64,000 nt of DNA from a bacterium. Lineage in GTDB: Bacteria > Electryoneota > JAOADG01. The stretch lies in the NCBI GenBank assembly GCA_963681965.1, contig OY820579.1, positions 1,664,001-1,728,000 of the forward strand. Reading direction: 5' to 3'. Made by a program: the position numbers and the translations under genes. The notes below the pieces were generated by a model. The model did not search any database and was not told where the DNA came from. It saw nothing but the letters and a program-made list of their open reading frames with translations. This document shows positions 25,610-35,893 of this stretch, piece after piece; the first letter of the stretch is position 1, and the number at the start of each line of letters is the position of its first letter.

Positions 25610-27070
25610 ATGACCGAACCGACCACGAAATCCACTGTACCTGATGACATTTCACCCGCAAAAAAACGTCTGCTGGAATTGGGCAAGCAGGTAAAGCAAT
25701 GGGTTGCCGAAGATCGACACGAAGAAATCCTCGCGGCACACGATGAGCTGATCGCACTCACCGAAGAAGTCGGTGATGAACATCTGACCACTTTTGTACT
25801 ATACACCTACAGCTTTTACTATTGGCGGGTAGGTCGATTCGACGATGCCTTTCGCTATCTTCAAAAATCACTGGCGATCGTTCGTCGTTCCGGTTCGCCA
25901 CGACAAATTGGCGCACTGCTCAATAATATCGGGAATATTTTCCGGGTGCGGGGCTATCCCACCGAAGCGCGAGAAAACTACGATCAAGCACTGACGGAGT
26001 TCCGCGCGATCGACGATAAGGAAGGGATTGCCAATTCACTGGGAAATATCGCCGTAATGTATATCGAATCCCGTCGTCATGCCGAAGCAGAACCGTACTT
26101 GCTCGAAGCAATTCAAATCTTCCACGATCTGGGCGATCAAAAATCCGAAGCCAATTTTCTCGGCGACTATGCCAAAGTCCAATTTGTACTCAATCAACCG
26201 GAACAATCGATTGCCACCGCCGAACGCGCAGTCGCATTAGCCGAAGCAATCCCCGATAATCATACCCTCGGTACAGTACTGAATTCACTCGGGTTAAGCC
26301 TTATCGCCGCGAAGCGTTTCGATGAAGCGTTTTCAGCATTGCAACGTGCACTCGAGGCGAATCGTATTGCTCACAATCAACGGTTCGAAGGGGTGACACT
26401 TTCGAATTTAGGATTTGCGGCATCGGAAATGGGAAATTTCGACCGAGCCATCGAATATTTCAATGATGCAGTTGAAATCCACCGGCGCATTTCCGATGTG
26501 AAGGGGACAACACTGGCGCGGTGGAGTATCATTAACGTTTATTTCAATCAACACAATTGGGAAAAGTGCAACCAGTTGATTGCTGATATCGCAGACGATA
26601 TCCGTGATTTGAATAATTCCGATCTCGAAATCATCGCATTTCTAAAGAAGGCGGAAGTACATCGCCGGCTCGGTGATTTTGTGGAGGCATTCGCGACTGC
26701 GGAACTGGTGGAAGGGTTCAGCCAAGCGCATTTTCCCGAATTGAAGGGTCTGACTCAAAGCTATTTTGCCTTGATCGAACTGGATCAGAATCGTATCGAA
26801 CAAGCTGCCACTTGGTTACTGCAGGCAAAATCATTAACCGATCAGAACAGCACCGAAGCGATCACGATGTATTGGTTGGTTCAGACTCGCTTCTTGATCG
26901 ATTCAAGTAGTATGAACCGAATCGACGAGCAACTTTCCAACATTAAACAGGCATATCGTCAGAGTATAATTTCCGATGACATCACAACAGGAGTACTGGA
27001 ATCAGTACTGAAAGTGATTCGAGAGGATGTGATCGAAAGAATAAATCCGCTGAAGATAGAGCTCTCCTAA
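25610..27070 (+). CDS. Tetratricopeptide repeat protein (MalT-like TPR)
   Basis: Repeated LNNIG/LGNIA/LNSLG/LSNLG...A...Y..AL units about 40 aa apart. Confidence 0.88.
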   Translation: MTEPTTKSTVPDDISPAKKRLLELGKQVKQWVAEDRHEEILAAHDELIALTEEVGDEHLTTFVLYTYSFYYWRVGRFDDAFRYLQKSLAIVRRSGSPRQIGALLNNIGNIFRVRGYPTEARENYDQALTEFRAIDDKEGIANSLGNIAVMYIESRRHAEAEPYLLEAIQIFHDLGDQKSEANFLGDYAKVQFVLNQPEQSIATAERAVALAEAIPDNHTLGTVLNSLGLSLIAAKRFDEAFSALQRALEANRIAHNQRFEGVTLSNLGFAASEMGNFDRAIEYFNDAVEIHRRISDVKGTTLARWSIINVYFNQHNWEKCNQLIADIADDIRDLNNSDLEIIAFLKKAEVHRRLGDFVEAFATAELVEGFSQAHFPELKGLTQSYFALIELDQNRIEQAATWLLQAKSLTDQNSTEAITMYWLVQTRFLIDSSSMNRIDEQLSNIKQAYRQSIISDDITTGVLESVLKVIREDVIERINPLKIELS

Positions 27071-27099
27071 CCGAAGCACCTCAAAGAAATATCTTACGC

Positions 27100-27621
27100 T
27101 TAAAACCAAGTGGTTTTACGATACTCGCGGTATTCGGGTATACGTGCGATCAGCATTTTTTCTTCCAGTGCTCGCCAGAATAAGACATTGAATATTCCGA
27201 GTAATCCGAGTAGTTGTGCTGTACACCCTTGTTTGAATAGGGGAAAGCCGATCAGCCAGCAGATAAACGCCACGTACATGGGATGGCGAAGTACCCGGTA
27301 CAGACCGTTTTTTACCAATGGTGCCGTATCGCTTTCGAAAAACCGGAGCTGGATCAGCGCTGTAAGAAAGAGGATGATACCGGCAAGACTAATACCCAGT
27401 CCACTATACCGCACGATGTCCGGAAAATTGTAGTGGCATGAATCACTGTCGCAGAGTCCGAACCACGACAACCAGAGCACCATCATATTGGCAAACAACA
27501 ACCAGAAAACTGGGCGTGAAGTTTTGATTTTGCCGCGATATTTAAGAAAATCGTAAAGCGATCGAATCGCGAGAGTTAACAAGAAAATTGTGGCAAGAAG
27601 GTAGAAGCTAGGCATATACAT
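27100..27621 (-). CDS. Isoprenylcysteine carboxylmethyltransferase / PEMT-family membrane protein
   Basis: LVKNGLYRVLRHPMY...EEKML...YREYRKTT. Confidence 0.88.
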   Translation of the reverse strand: MYMPSFYLLATIFLLTLAIRSLYDFLKYRGKIKTSRPVFWLLFANMMVLWLSWFGLCDSDSCHYNFPDIVRYSGLGISLAGIILFLTALIQLRFFESDTAPLVKNGLYRVLRHPMYVAFICWLIGFPLFKQGCTAQLLGLLGIFNVLFWRALEEKMLIARIPEYREYRKTTWF

Positions 27622-28100
27622 GCTCCTGTAGAATTAATTGAAATTTAACAAGAATTTTGAGTAATGAAAAGAATATTCGAATAATTTAATTTCAAGATAC
27701 TTATCTCCAGTTGTATAAATGCGTTAGTAAATATCAGATTGCTGCACTTGAGTGATTACAAGAATTGTATTATGAATGCACGAACAGCATTTATGAATTT
27801 CATACCGAATTTGGCAATAGCGAGACACGATTGGAACGTTGTGAGTGGGTGTACCGGAACTATTCAGGTGTTTAAAACGTAGAAATACCGCAAGTAGATA
27901 AGACAGAATTCAGTAAAATGTTGTTTTGAATAGATATAATTAGCCAGTATTGAGATATTTTTAATAAATTATTCGGAACAGTTCACTATTGCGTGCCTCT
28001 TGTACATTGAGTATTTTTTACGATTATTCGCGTGCATCAACTGCCCCGGTTCCAGAATGTGGAACTGTTAATTTGGTGCGAATCCCAGATAGGAGGGTAC

Positions 28101-29303
28101 TTGGAAGGCAATATCACTTGGATTGATCGACTTGAGACATTGTCGCGGTACCGCCGTTTTTTATTACGTTGGTTGCTGTTTTGGATTGTTGCCGGTGTAG
28201 TCGCCGCCTTCGTTTGGCCACCTCGCTATCGTGCCGAAGCGAGTTTTTTACCACCGACTGAGGATAATAGTGGACTTCTCGGCGCACTTGGACCACAATT
28301 TAAAATCAGCAACTCATCCGATATCGAGGGTGGCGGTTTCTTTGCCGTTCTTCATTCCCATCGGCTGCGCGATTCGCTTGATCTTCGATACGATTTTCGA
28401 AAACGTTACAGCGAGACCAAATTGGATAAAGCCTATGCCAGTTTCGACGACCACATCGAATTTGCCACAGAATCCGAAGAAGGTATCGGCTTAGCCCGCA
28501 TTCATGCCTACTATATCCGCGTCAATGATAAGAAACCGGAAGATGCGGCAGCAATTGCTAATTCGATAATCCATTTTTCGGATCGTATTGTCTCGGAATT
28601 GACTTCTCAACGTCAACGTTTGACACGCGAATTTTTGGAAACCCGCGTCTCGGCATCGAAAGAATCGTTGCGCATCGCCGAAGATTCGCTTCGATCATTT
28701 TCACAGCGAACCGGTATCATTGCACCCGATGTTCAAATCGAGGCAACGATTAAAGCGTTGGCTTCGTTTAAAGAACAGATTGCTGCTACCGACGTTCAAC
28801 TCCACGTGATTCGCACTACCATGGGCAATTCCCATCCTTCGGTTCGCGAAATCGAAGAACGTCGGAAAGAATTGGAAAAACTCCGCGACGAGCTATCCGG
28901 TAAGCTTGATCAAACAGCTCCGACAGACATGATCGGTCTTCGACAATCTCCGGACCTAGCGTTGACTTATTCTCGGCTATATCGAAAAGTTCGAACCGAA
29001 GAAACCCTGTTCGCTTTTTTAGCGACTCAGCTGGAACAAGCCCGTATCGGTGAATTACGTAATGCACCGGTTTTGCGTGTGCTAGATTATGCCAAAGCAC
29101 CCGAATCCAGAAAGTGGCCGATACGATCGGTTGTGGTGATATTGGGATTGATCCTGGGTTTAATTAGCGGTTTACTATGGGTTGGCTGGGTGGAATGGCT
29201 GAAAGCAATCCAGAATTCCGAGTTTGAGCATAAGTTCAAGTCATTGCTTACCCAATACTCACCAAAAACACTTTGGCACATTCTCATTGGCAAAGAAGAA
29301 TGA
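28101..29303 (+). CDS. Wzz/GumC-like polysaccharide co-polymerase (chain-length determinant)
   Basis: N- and C-terminal TM helices, coiled coil, PPRYRAEASFLPP, HPSV, VLDYAKAPESRKWP. Start set at TTG 28101 after GGGAGGG. Confidence 0.85.
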   Translation: MEGNITWIDRLETLSRYRRFLLRWLLFWIVAGVVAAFVWPPRYRAEASFLPPTEDNSGLLGALGPQFKISNSSDIEGGGFFAVLHSHRLRDSLDLRYDFRKRYSETKLDKAYASFDDHIEFATESEEGIGLARIHAYYIRVNDKKPEDAAAIANSIIHFSDRIVSELTSQRQRLTREFLETRVSASKESLRIAEDSLRSFSQRTGIIAPDVQIEATIKALASFKEQIAATDVQLHVIRTTMGNSHPSVREIEERRKELEKLRDELSGKLDQTAPTDMIGLRQSPDLALTYSRLYRKVRTEETLFAFLATQLEQARIGELRNAPVLRVLDYAKAPESRKWPIRSVVVILGLILGLISGLLWVGWVEWLKAIQNSEFEHKFKSLLTQYSPKTLWHILIGKEE

Positions 29304-31087
29304 GCGACGTAGTGTCGACCCAGTCTTCTGCTCCTAATACCATACCGGGATTTCCGCTGTTTGTCAGCACCGCGATGGTTGTAGGGTTGGGTTTGTCATA
29401 TTTTGTTTTGCAATTACCACACAGCCGCTGGGTGATGTTATCATCACTGGTTGTCGGTGGAATAATTGCGCTATTCAAATTGGAATTTCCCGCTTTTTTC
29501 TTTCCAAGTCATACCAATTGGCCGATCCTTTTTTTGATTCCCTTTTGTGGTTTAATCGCCGGGTTCGGATATGGATACACCGGTTTGCCCGGTGGTATTT
29601 TTGTTCAAATTGCCCTCGTCTTAGGGTCATTCGGATTGTCCATTCTTCTCAATACGAATCTTTTTGTCTCGAGTAGAAACGGTGAACGATCGCTGTTATG
29701 GCGACTTATGCCACTCAGTTCGATTTGTTTCGGCGGAATCCTGCTCGTCGCATCCATGATCATGGGGAGAAATCGTTTTCTTCTTTACGGCAGTGTCGCT
29801 ACAATATTAATCTACCCAATCTTGTATATTGTTTTACGTTTGAAACATTACCCCATTTTAGCATTATCGTCAATGCTTTTGGGCATGTGGCCGTTGTTAT
29901 TCCGAATTAATATTATGTATTGGATTACAATAGGTTTGGGATTCGCGTTGATAGTTTTGGCGTTCTTCAGAACGGCAAAAGACAATCTCCCGTCAGTTTT
30001 TCCTGCCACAGCGATCTATGTAACCGGTTTCATCTATATTATTTGGTTGATATTGTCGTTGATGATTTCCCCAATCGCAACTTCCGGTTCATCGGTGAAG
30101 GTTGTTTTTTGCATAAGTCAACTAGTCTTTCTCTTCGGAATGCTGCAAAATATGCGATCGAAAGAAGATCTCTATTCAGTCGTTCTCGGTTATCTAATTG
30201 GCGCGTCGATCGTCATCGGTTTTTTAATTTTCAATACTTGGCAGCAGATTACTCACTTCAATCCGATCGTATTTTTGTTTAGCGGAATCCGAATTACAGT
30301 CATCGATCAAAATCCCAATGCCGCCATTCCTCCAGCTCTCACAACCCTCTTATTCGCTTTTGCATTTTTTATAAACAAACGCGGTCTCATTCAATACGCT
30401 GCTCTTTTCGTCGTATCAATATGTTTATTTCTGTTGTTTCTTTCCGGGTCCCGTTCCTCGCAAATTGCATTTTTAGTTGTCGGCGTTTTATTTACTGCGC
30501 GCGAACCAAAGTGGCGAAAATTCACTTTTGGTGGTCTCGCCGTATTGGTGGTATTAATCACAGCAGCTTATATCATCAATCCCGAAGTCACCAAAATCTT
30601 AACCCGTGCGCGCAATATGGACAGCGGTCGGCTTGAGTTGTGGCGAGGGGTATGGGAAATGATTCAACGGCGCCCGCTTTTTGGATTTGGTCCCGACGCC
30701 GGTCGAGTATGTCTTCCGCAATACATCAACGAGTTTACTACTACCTATTTAACTGGTTTAGGTGGAAGAGCGCACAATATATTTTTTAGCGAGATAATCG
30801 AGAGTGGTTTTGTCGGTTTTCTCTTATTATCGACTATCTACTTCTTTATGTGGCGTTGGTTGAAACGGATTCCCAATCGTGAATCATCACCATGGAAATT
30901 TGCCGCGATGAGCATTTTTATCGCTTACACGTTTCGCGGACTCTTTCAATCGGACGGAATATTATTTATTCACAGTGTTCTAGGTGAATGCTATCCGCCA
31001 CTGTTGGCATTAATTGTTGCAACTGGGGATGTACTTCCCGACACAACAGACAAATCCACATTTTTCCTTGAAAAGGAATTAAATTGA
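29300..31087 (+). CDS. O-antigen ligase/polymerase (Wzy/WaaL-like)
   Basis: Multi-TM; LSGSRSS, SGRLELWRG...RPLFGFG, AHNIFFSEIIESGFVG; ATGA overlap with the upstream stop. Confidence 0.85.
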   Translation: MSDVVSTQSSAPNTIPGFPLFVSTAMVVGLGLSYFVLQLPHSRWVMLSSLVVGGIIALFKLEFPAFFFPSHTNWPILFLIPFCGLIAGFGYGYTGLPGGIFVQIALVLGSFGLSILLNTNLFVSSRNGERSLLWRLMPLSSICFGGILLVASMIMGRNRFLLYGSVATILIYPILYIVLRLKHYPILALSSMLLGMWPLLFRINIMYWITIGLGFALIVLAFFRTAKDNLPSVFPATAIYVTGFIYIIWLILSLMISPIATSGSSVKVVFCISQLVFLFGMLQNMRSKEDLYSVVLGYLIGASIVIGFLIFNTWQQITHFNPIVFLFSGIRITVIDQNPNAAIPPALTTLLFAFAFFINKRGLIQYAALFVVSICLFLLFLSGSRSSQIAFLVVGVLFTAREPKWRKFTFGGLAVLVVLITAAYIINPEVTKILTRARNMDSGRLELWRGVWEMIQRRPLFGFGPDAGRVCLPQYINEFTTTYLTGLGGRAHNIFFSEIIESGFVGFLLLSTIYFFMWRWLKRIPNRESSPWKFAAMSIFIAYTFRGLFQSDGILFIHSVLGECYPPLLALIVATGDVLPDTTDKSTFFLEKELN

Positions 31088-31245
31088 TCTGTTGATATCT
31101 CTTATCTCATCATTATCATTCCCAGTCTGTGGGTAATCATGGGTAAGCAACACATTCGACTCAAAGAAAATCTCGTCGCGACCTACATCCAAAAGGGTCA
31201 CCACCGAGGTTTCTATAAGTTGTCACGATTATTACGAGGACTACT

Positions 31246-31584
31246 GGGTGTGCCCACAATATCTTCTTTACTGAAGCTGTCGAAACCGGATTGATCGGAG
31301 CTTTTCTCTTGATTTTCGCGCATTTCGAAGCGTGGCGTTGGATGCGTAAGCTTCCTAGTAAATGTGGGTCATATCTTCGACTGGCAGGTCTTTCTATCTT
31401 CACAGTTGTTGCAATTCGAGGAATTTTCGAATCGGTTGGAGCACTATATATCCACGGTTTTATTGGCGATTGCTACCCGACCATTCTTGCAATGACGATT
31501 TCATTCGGAGGAATTTTATTTTCCAATACCGATGAATCATCGAAATCGAATATCAATCTGAATGAACTCATTCAAGCTGAGTGA
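31246..31584 (+). pseudogene. 3' remnant of a second O-antigen ligase paralog
   Basis: GCAHNIFFTEAVETGLIG...RGIFESVG...IGDCYP aligns with the C-terminus of the preceding gene; in-frame stop at 31216-31218 and no 5' part. Confidence 0.75.
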
Positions 31585-31647
31585 TTACGATTCGGTATGG
31601 TCTGTTATCGACGATTCGAGTTTTCAACCATTATTATAGTGTAATCC

Positions 31648-33252
31648 ATGAGTAACTCAGAAACCGAAAAATTGAAACCACGCAAATCGATACTTCACGT
31701 AACCGGTCTACTCATGGTTACCCGTGGCGCTAGCTCGGCACTGGGTATGGTTCGAGAAATCACGATTGCGGCAATCTTCGGTGCATCCCGCATTGTCGAT
31801 GCATTCGCTGTCGCAAGTGTATTCCACAATCAGATATTCTCGACTCTTAGTAACGTCCTCGCCAGTACATTGATCCCTCACTATGTGTCGGTAAAAGCCG
31901 AACAAGGCGAATTTGCCGCCAAGCAGATGGTTCGCGCGATCACAATGCAATTAATCGCGATAATGACACTAATATCGTTGTTGGGATTTATTTTCGCAGC
32001 TCAATTGGTTCAATGGTTTGCCCCGACATTTACACCTGCCGAAACCGAATTGACAATCCGTTTTTTAAGGATTTTAATTCCAAGTATCATCGGTGCATCG
32101 CTGTTTCTAGTACTACAAAATGTATATCAGATTCACGATCAGTGGGTGCGTCCCGCGATTGGTCCATTGATTGTCAATATCATCTCAATTTCCGTTATCG
32201 CGGGTGGCTATTTGTGGATCGGTTCGGATGTTTTGGCATGGAGTTGGTTATTATCGATGGTCATTCTTCCCATAATCCTGATCTCGGGTCGGGTTGGGCG
32301 AGGATATTTGGGAACACACTTCTTCGATCGAAATACTATTTCATTATATCGCGTTTCAACGCCGATTCTAATCGAAGGAGTATTTGTAATGGTGACACAA
32401 ATCGTTGTTCGATATCTCGGATCGAGTATGCCGAATGGCGAGCTATCATCGATGGTTTATGCGCAACGAGTCTATGCGATGTCGGCTGAGTTGGTCGTGG
32501 CAACCTTTATTCCGGCGCTGTTACCCCGATTAGCAGAGTCATCAGTGCATGCGTCTAGGGAAGAATATTCATTATTGCTCGAACGTGCCTTGTTGGGAAT
32601 TACTTTACTTGCAATCGGCGGTGCGGCTATTCTGGCGGGAACTTCACTGTCTTTAGTCGAAGTGATTTTTGAGCATGGTGCATTTACGCCGGTAGATTCG
32701 GCACGGGTCGCGAGTTTGCTGTCGATTTTTGCCGGAGCATTATTGGTATATTTGCCCTTGTATCTGGTGTATCGAGCATATTTTGTTGTCAAAAACAGTA
32801 TTGTGCCGGCGTTGGGAATGTTCCTTGCGGTTTGTCTATTCGTGTTGATTAGTTTTCTTTTAATCGAACCTATGGGTATACGCGCACTGGCAGTGGCAAC
32901 GACAGCTAGCTTAATACTCCAATTCGGATTTTTAGTAGCTGTAGCAAAACGATACGGTGTTTATCTCCCAGGCAAGAAGCTTTATGGATTGCTGCTTCGA
33001 GGTTTGATGGTAGGGATAGTACTTGCGATACTTTTAAATCGAATTGACCTTCTGTTACGATCAATGTGGGAATTTCAGGCAATTTGGTTACGATTAATTA
33101 AACTATTTGGATTGATTTCCTTGGGTATCGGTCTATTTGCCCTGATGTCAAAACTAATTAGATTGCCGGGGTACGACTTATTGATGGAATATGTAAAAGT
33201 GATGTGGCAGAAGATTCGTAAGTTAAATTATACCAACTCAGATCTGAAGTAA
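31648..33252 (+). CDS. MurJ/MviN-like MOP-superfamily flippase
   Basis: LGMVREITIAAIFGASRIVDAF, YAQRV, IFEHGAFT; context suggests a polysaccharide flippase. Confidence 0.82.
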   Translation: MSNSETEKLKPRKSILHVTGLLMVTRGASSALGMVREITIAAIFGASRIVDAFAVASVFHNQIFSTLSNVLASTLIPHYVSVKAEQGEFAAKQMVRAITMQLIAIMTLISLLGFIFAAQLVQWFAPTFTPAETELTIRFLRILIPSIIGASLFLVLQNVYQIHDQWVRPAIGPLIVNIISISVIAGGYLWIGSDVLAWSWLLSMVILPIILISGRVGRGYLGTHFFDRNTISLYRVSTPILIEGVFVMVTQIVVRYLGSSMPNGELSSMVYAQRVYAMSAELVVATFIPALLPRLAESSVHASREEYSLLLERALLGITLLAIGGAAILAGTSLSLVEVIFEHGAFTPVDSARVASLLSIFAGALLVYLPLYLVYRAYFVVKNSIVPALGMFLAVCLFVLISFLLIEPMGIRALAVATTASLILQFGFLVAVAKRYGVYLPGKKLYGLLLRGLMVGIVLAILLNRIDLLLRSMWEFQAIWLRLIKLFGLISLGIGLFALMSKLIRLPGYDLLMEYVKVMWQKIRKLNYTNSDLK

Positions 33253-33293
33253 TCGTATTGACTGCATAATTGAATGAAATCGGTTAAAATAGA

Positions 33294-34475
33294 ATGAACA
33301 TTTTTCTTATCGACCAACATCGACAATTTGCACCGACGTTCGCACCGGGATTTTATTCTGCGCTCTCGAAACAAGCTCGCGTGTTGATGGTATTTCAAGA
33401 AAAGTGGTTGAGTCGATCCCCGGAAAACGAACATCCGAAAGAGATTGCACCCAATTTCTGGGTTGTGAATCGGCGGGTGCTTGCACCGTATCGTGGCATC
33501 TTAATGTCGGATCGAGTTGCTCAGCTCGATACTTTTTTACTTGACCAGCAGCTTGCGCGTTATTCACGCGAACTAGGGTGGTCTCCCGATATCGTCGAGT
33601 TTACCAGTCCTCATTTCCGGATGCATCTGAAATGCAAGACCGGTCGAAAAAGAGTTTTCTGGTTGGTCGATCATTATTCGCAGGTCCGGGAACTGGATCC
33701 ATTTAGTGCCGGGTTGACGGTGAATGCCGAACGAATGGCAGCACAACATGCTGACCTGACATTAACCACAGCTACAGAATTGTTGAAGCGCTTTTCTCCG
33801 CTTGCTAAGCAAATTCGGTTCATGCCGAATGCTGCCGACCGGAATCTCTATCAACCACTTTGGATGCGACCGGTTCCGGAACCTGAGCTATTAAATAAAA
33901 TCAAGCGACCCATACTTGGATTTGCAGGCAACATCAATCCGGGTTGCGATTGGAAAATGCTTGGTGTTTTTGCCAAACATTATCCTCAATACTCGATTGC
34001 ATTACTAGGTGCGATGAATGGTCCAGCAGAATTTTATCAGAGTGGAACTTTCGCGGAAACCCTTCGTTTACCGAATGTGCATTACCTCGGACAAGTTCCG
34101 CAGGAAGAGTTGCCGGCTTACGTAGCCCATTTCGATGCGGGTATTCTGTTCGATTCGTTTTCCGACTTTTCCAAGACACGGAATCACAATAAAGTATACC
34201 AGAATTTGTTATCGGGTATTCCGATTACCGGTGCCAATACACAACCAGATTACCAACCCTTTGCCGAGTTGCTATATTTGTTCGACGATCCTCGCGATTG
34301 GCCCAAACAGTGCGAGGCTGCGCTGGCAGCGCGCGACGAAACTCATTCCCGTCGGCGCAGAGCTTACGGTGAAAAGCTCGATTGGGATGCGAATATCAGG
34401 TTCCGGTTGAAAATTTACGAAGCATTGTTGGAAGAGCGGGAAATACCCGTGTTTGAGTTTCCACCGCTGGATTGA
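33294..34475 (+). CDS. Glycosyltransferase (GT-B fold, GT4/TuaH-like)
   Basis: PNAAD, RPILGFAG, PNVHYLGQVPQEELPAYVAHFDAG, KVYQNLLSGIP. Confidence 0.85.
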   Translation: MNIFLIDQHRQFAPTFAPGFYSALSKQARVLMVFQEKWLSRSPENEHPKEIAPNFWVVNRRVLAPYRGILMSDRVAQLDTFLLDQQLARYSRELGWSPDIVEFTSPHFRMHLKCKTGRKRVFWLVDHYSQVRELDPFSAGLTVNAERMAAQHADLTLTTATELLKRFSPLAKQIRFMPNAADRNLYQPLWMRPVPEPELLNKIKRPILGFAGNINPGCDWKMLGVFAKHYPQYSIALLGAMNGPAEFYQSGTFAETLRLPNVHYLGQVPQEELPAYVAHFDAGILFDSFSDFSKTRNHNKVYQNLLSGIPITGANTQPDYQPFAELLYLFDDPRDWPKQCEAALAARDETHSRRRRAYGEKLDWDANIRFRLKIYEALLEEREIPVFEFPPLD

Positions 34476-34564
34476 TAGCGTCTCAAAGATCTTTCGACTG
34501 TATATTACCTATATCGTATTGTTATAGCAGATTGTCGATAATTGCCGAATAAGGAGGTTCCATT

Positions 34565-35890
34565 TTGCTTCGATTCCGAGTATTCCTGTTCGCAGTAGTG
34601 CTGATCTCGACCATTCTCTCAGGTTGCGTCAATGAAAAAGACGAAACGGCGGTTTTGGATCAACCGACTACTGTTTCCGGGATAGCAATTGGTGTAAAAG
34701 ATTCGATCTGGAATATCGTCGACAATGCACCCTACACGATCTCGATTCGGGTCGAAGGGGGTGGACGGGTGGATTCGATCTGGGTTGAGATTCAAGCCGA
34801 TTCTTCGTATCGATTTTCGTTAGCGGATGATGGTGGGAACGATACACTTTTCACCGGACACAGTTGGCTATTGAGTAATTCCGGGGATCAAGTACCTCAC
34901 GATGGACTTTGGACTCGCCGACTTCGATCGGGATTTGCTCCGATCGGATCTTATCCCGTTCATTATTTTGCGAAACTCGGTGAAACGATTTGGCAACTGA
35001 CGACTCATTGGCAAGTAGTGAGTAATTTTGCCCCGCAAATTACGAATATTTCGGCACCGGATACGCTATTCAGTGGAACGGAACAATCGTTGCTGGTCAC
35101 AGTGGTCGATCCCGACACTTTGATTCAAACCGGGATCACTTCGATTACTGGTGAATTGTTCAAACATACCCCGACCGATTCCAGTCGTCGCAAGACCTTC
35201 TCATTCGAACCACTTGGCGGTAATCAACAATGGCGATTCACATTACGCGACACTTTTGCGTTGAATTTGCATTCGGATTGGTATAAAATCACGGCGACTG
35301 CAACGGATTTGTTTGGTGCGATCGGTAAAGGGTCGGATACGATCTGGATCGAGAACAAACCGCCTCACATTGATACGATGGGTTTAACGGCAATTGCCTA
35401 TGGTCCGGGTCTCACTCAACGCAATGCGGTACGAGGGTTGACTGCGGTATTGTGGGATTCGTTGGGTCGCGACGACGTCGATTCGGTATTGATTACTTTC
35501 CGGGTGTTCATTGACGATCCGCAATCGGCGCGGGATGTAATTAGTATGCGATTCGATTTATCGCGCACGATGCGGGGCGATACGGTGATTTATTCCCGCT
35601 TTGGAACGCGAAAGAATCCTGTAACCGGCGACAGTATCGACGGTGTCTGGTATGGTCAGATGCCGTCGTTGAATGCAACGAATCGTCCTGGTGGTCCTGG
35701 CTACCGACGACCTCCATTCGACACTTATTTCGCAGTATTCACAGCGATGGATGGCGGGGGAAATGTTAGTGAAATCGATACTTTGACATTTAATATCGTT
35801 CCGGATACGCTAGCACCGGCATTTTATAAACGACAGTCGACAACACCTAATTTTCATCAGTCGCAGTCCAACTTAATCCGAGGTAACTAA
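34565..35890 (+). CDS. Lipoprotein with Ig-like / choice-of-anchor-X-like domains
   Basis: Lipobox ILSG-C; LADDG...GDQVPHDGLWT; AAGGAGG RBS. Confidence 0.7.
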   Translation: MLRFRVFLFAVVLISTILSGCVNEKDETAVLDQPTTVSGIAIGVKDSIWNIVDNAPYTISIRVEGGGRVDSIWVEIQADSSYRFSLADDGGNDTLFTGHSWLLSNSGDQVPHDGLWTRRLRSGFAPIGSYPVHYFAKLGETIWQLTTHWQVVSNFAPQITNISAPDTLFSGTEQSLLVTVVDPDTLIQTGITSITGELFKHTPTDSSRRKTFSFEPLGGNQQWRFTLRDTFALNLHSDWYKITATATDLFGAIGKGSDTIWIENKPPHIDTMGLTAIAYGPGLTQRNAVRGLTAVLWDSLGRDDVDSVLITFRVFIDDPQSARDVISMRFDLSRTMRGDTVIYSRFGTRKNPVTGDSIDGVWYGQMPSLNATNRPGGPGYRRPPFDTYFAVFTAMDGGGNVSEIDTLTFNIVPDTLAPAFYKRQSTTPNFHQSQSNLIRGN

Positions 35891-35893
35891 GCC

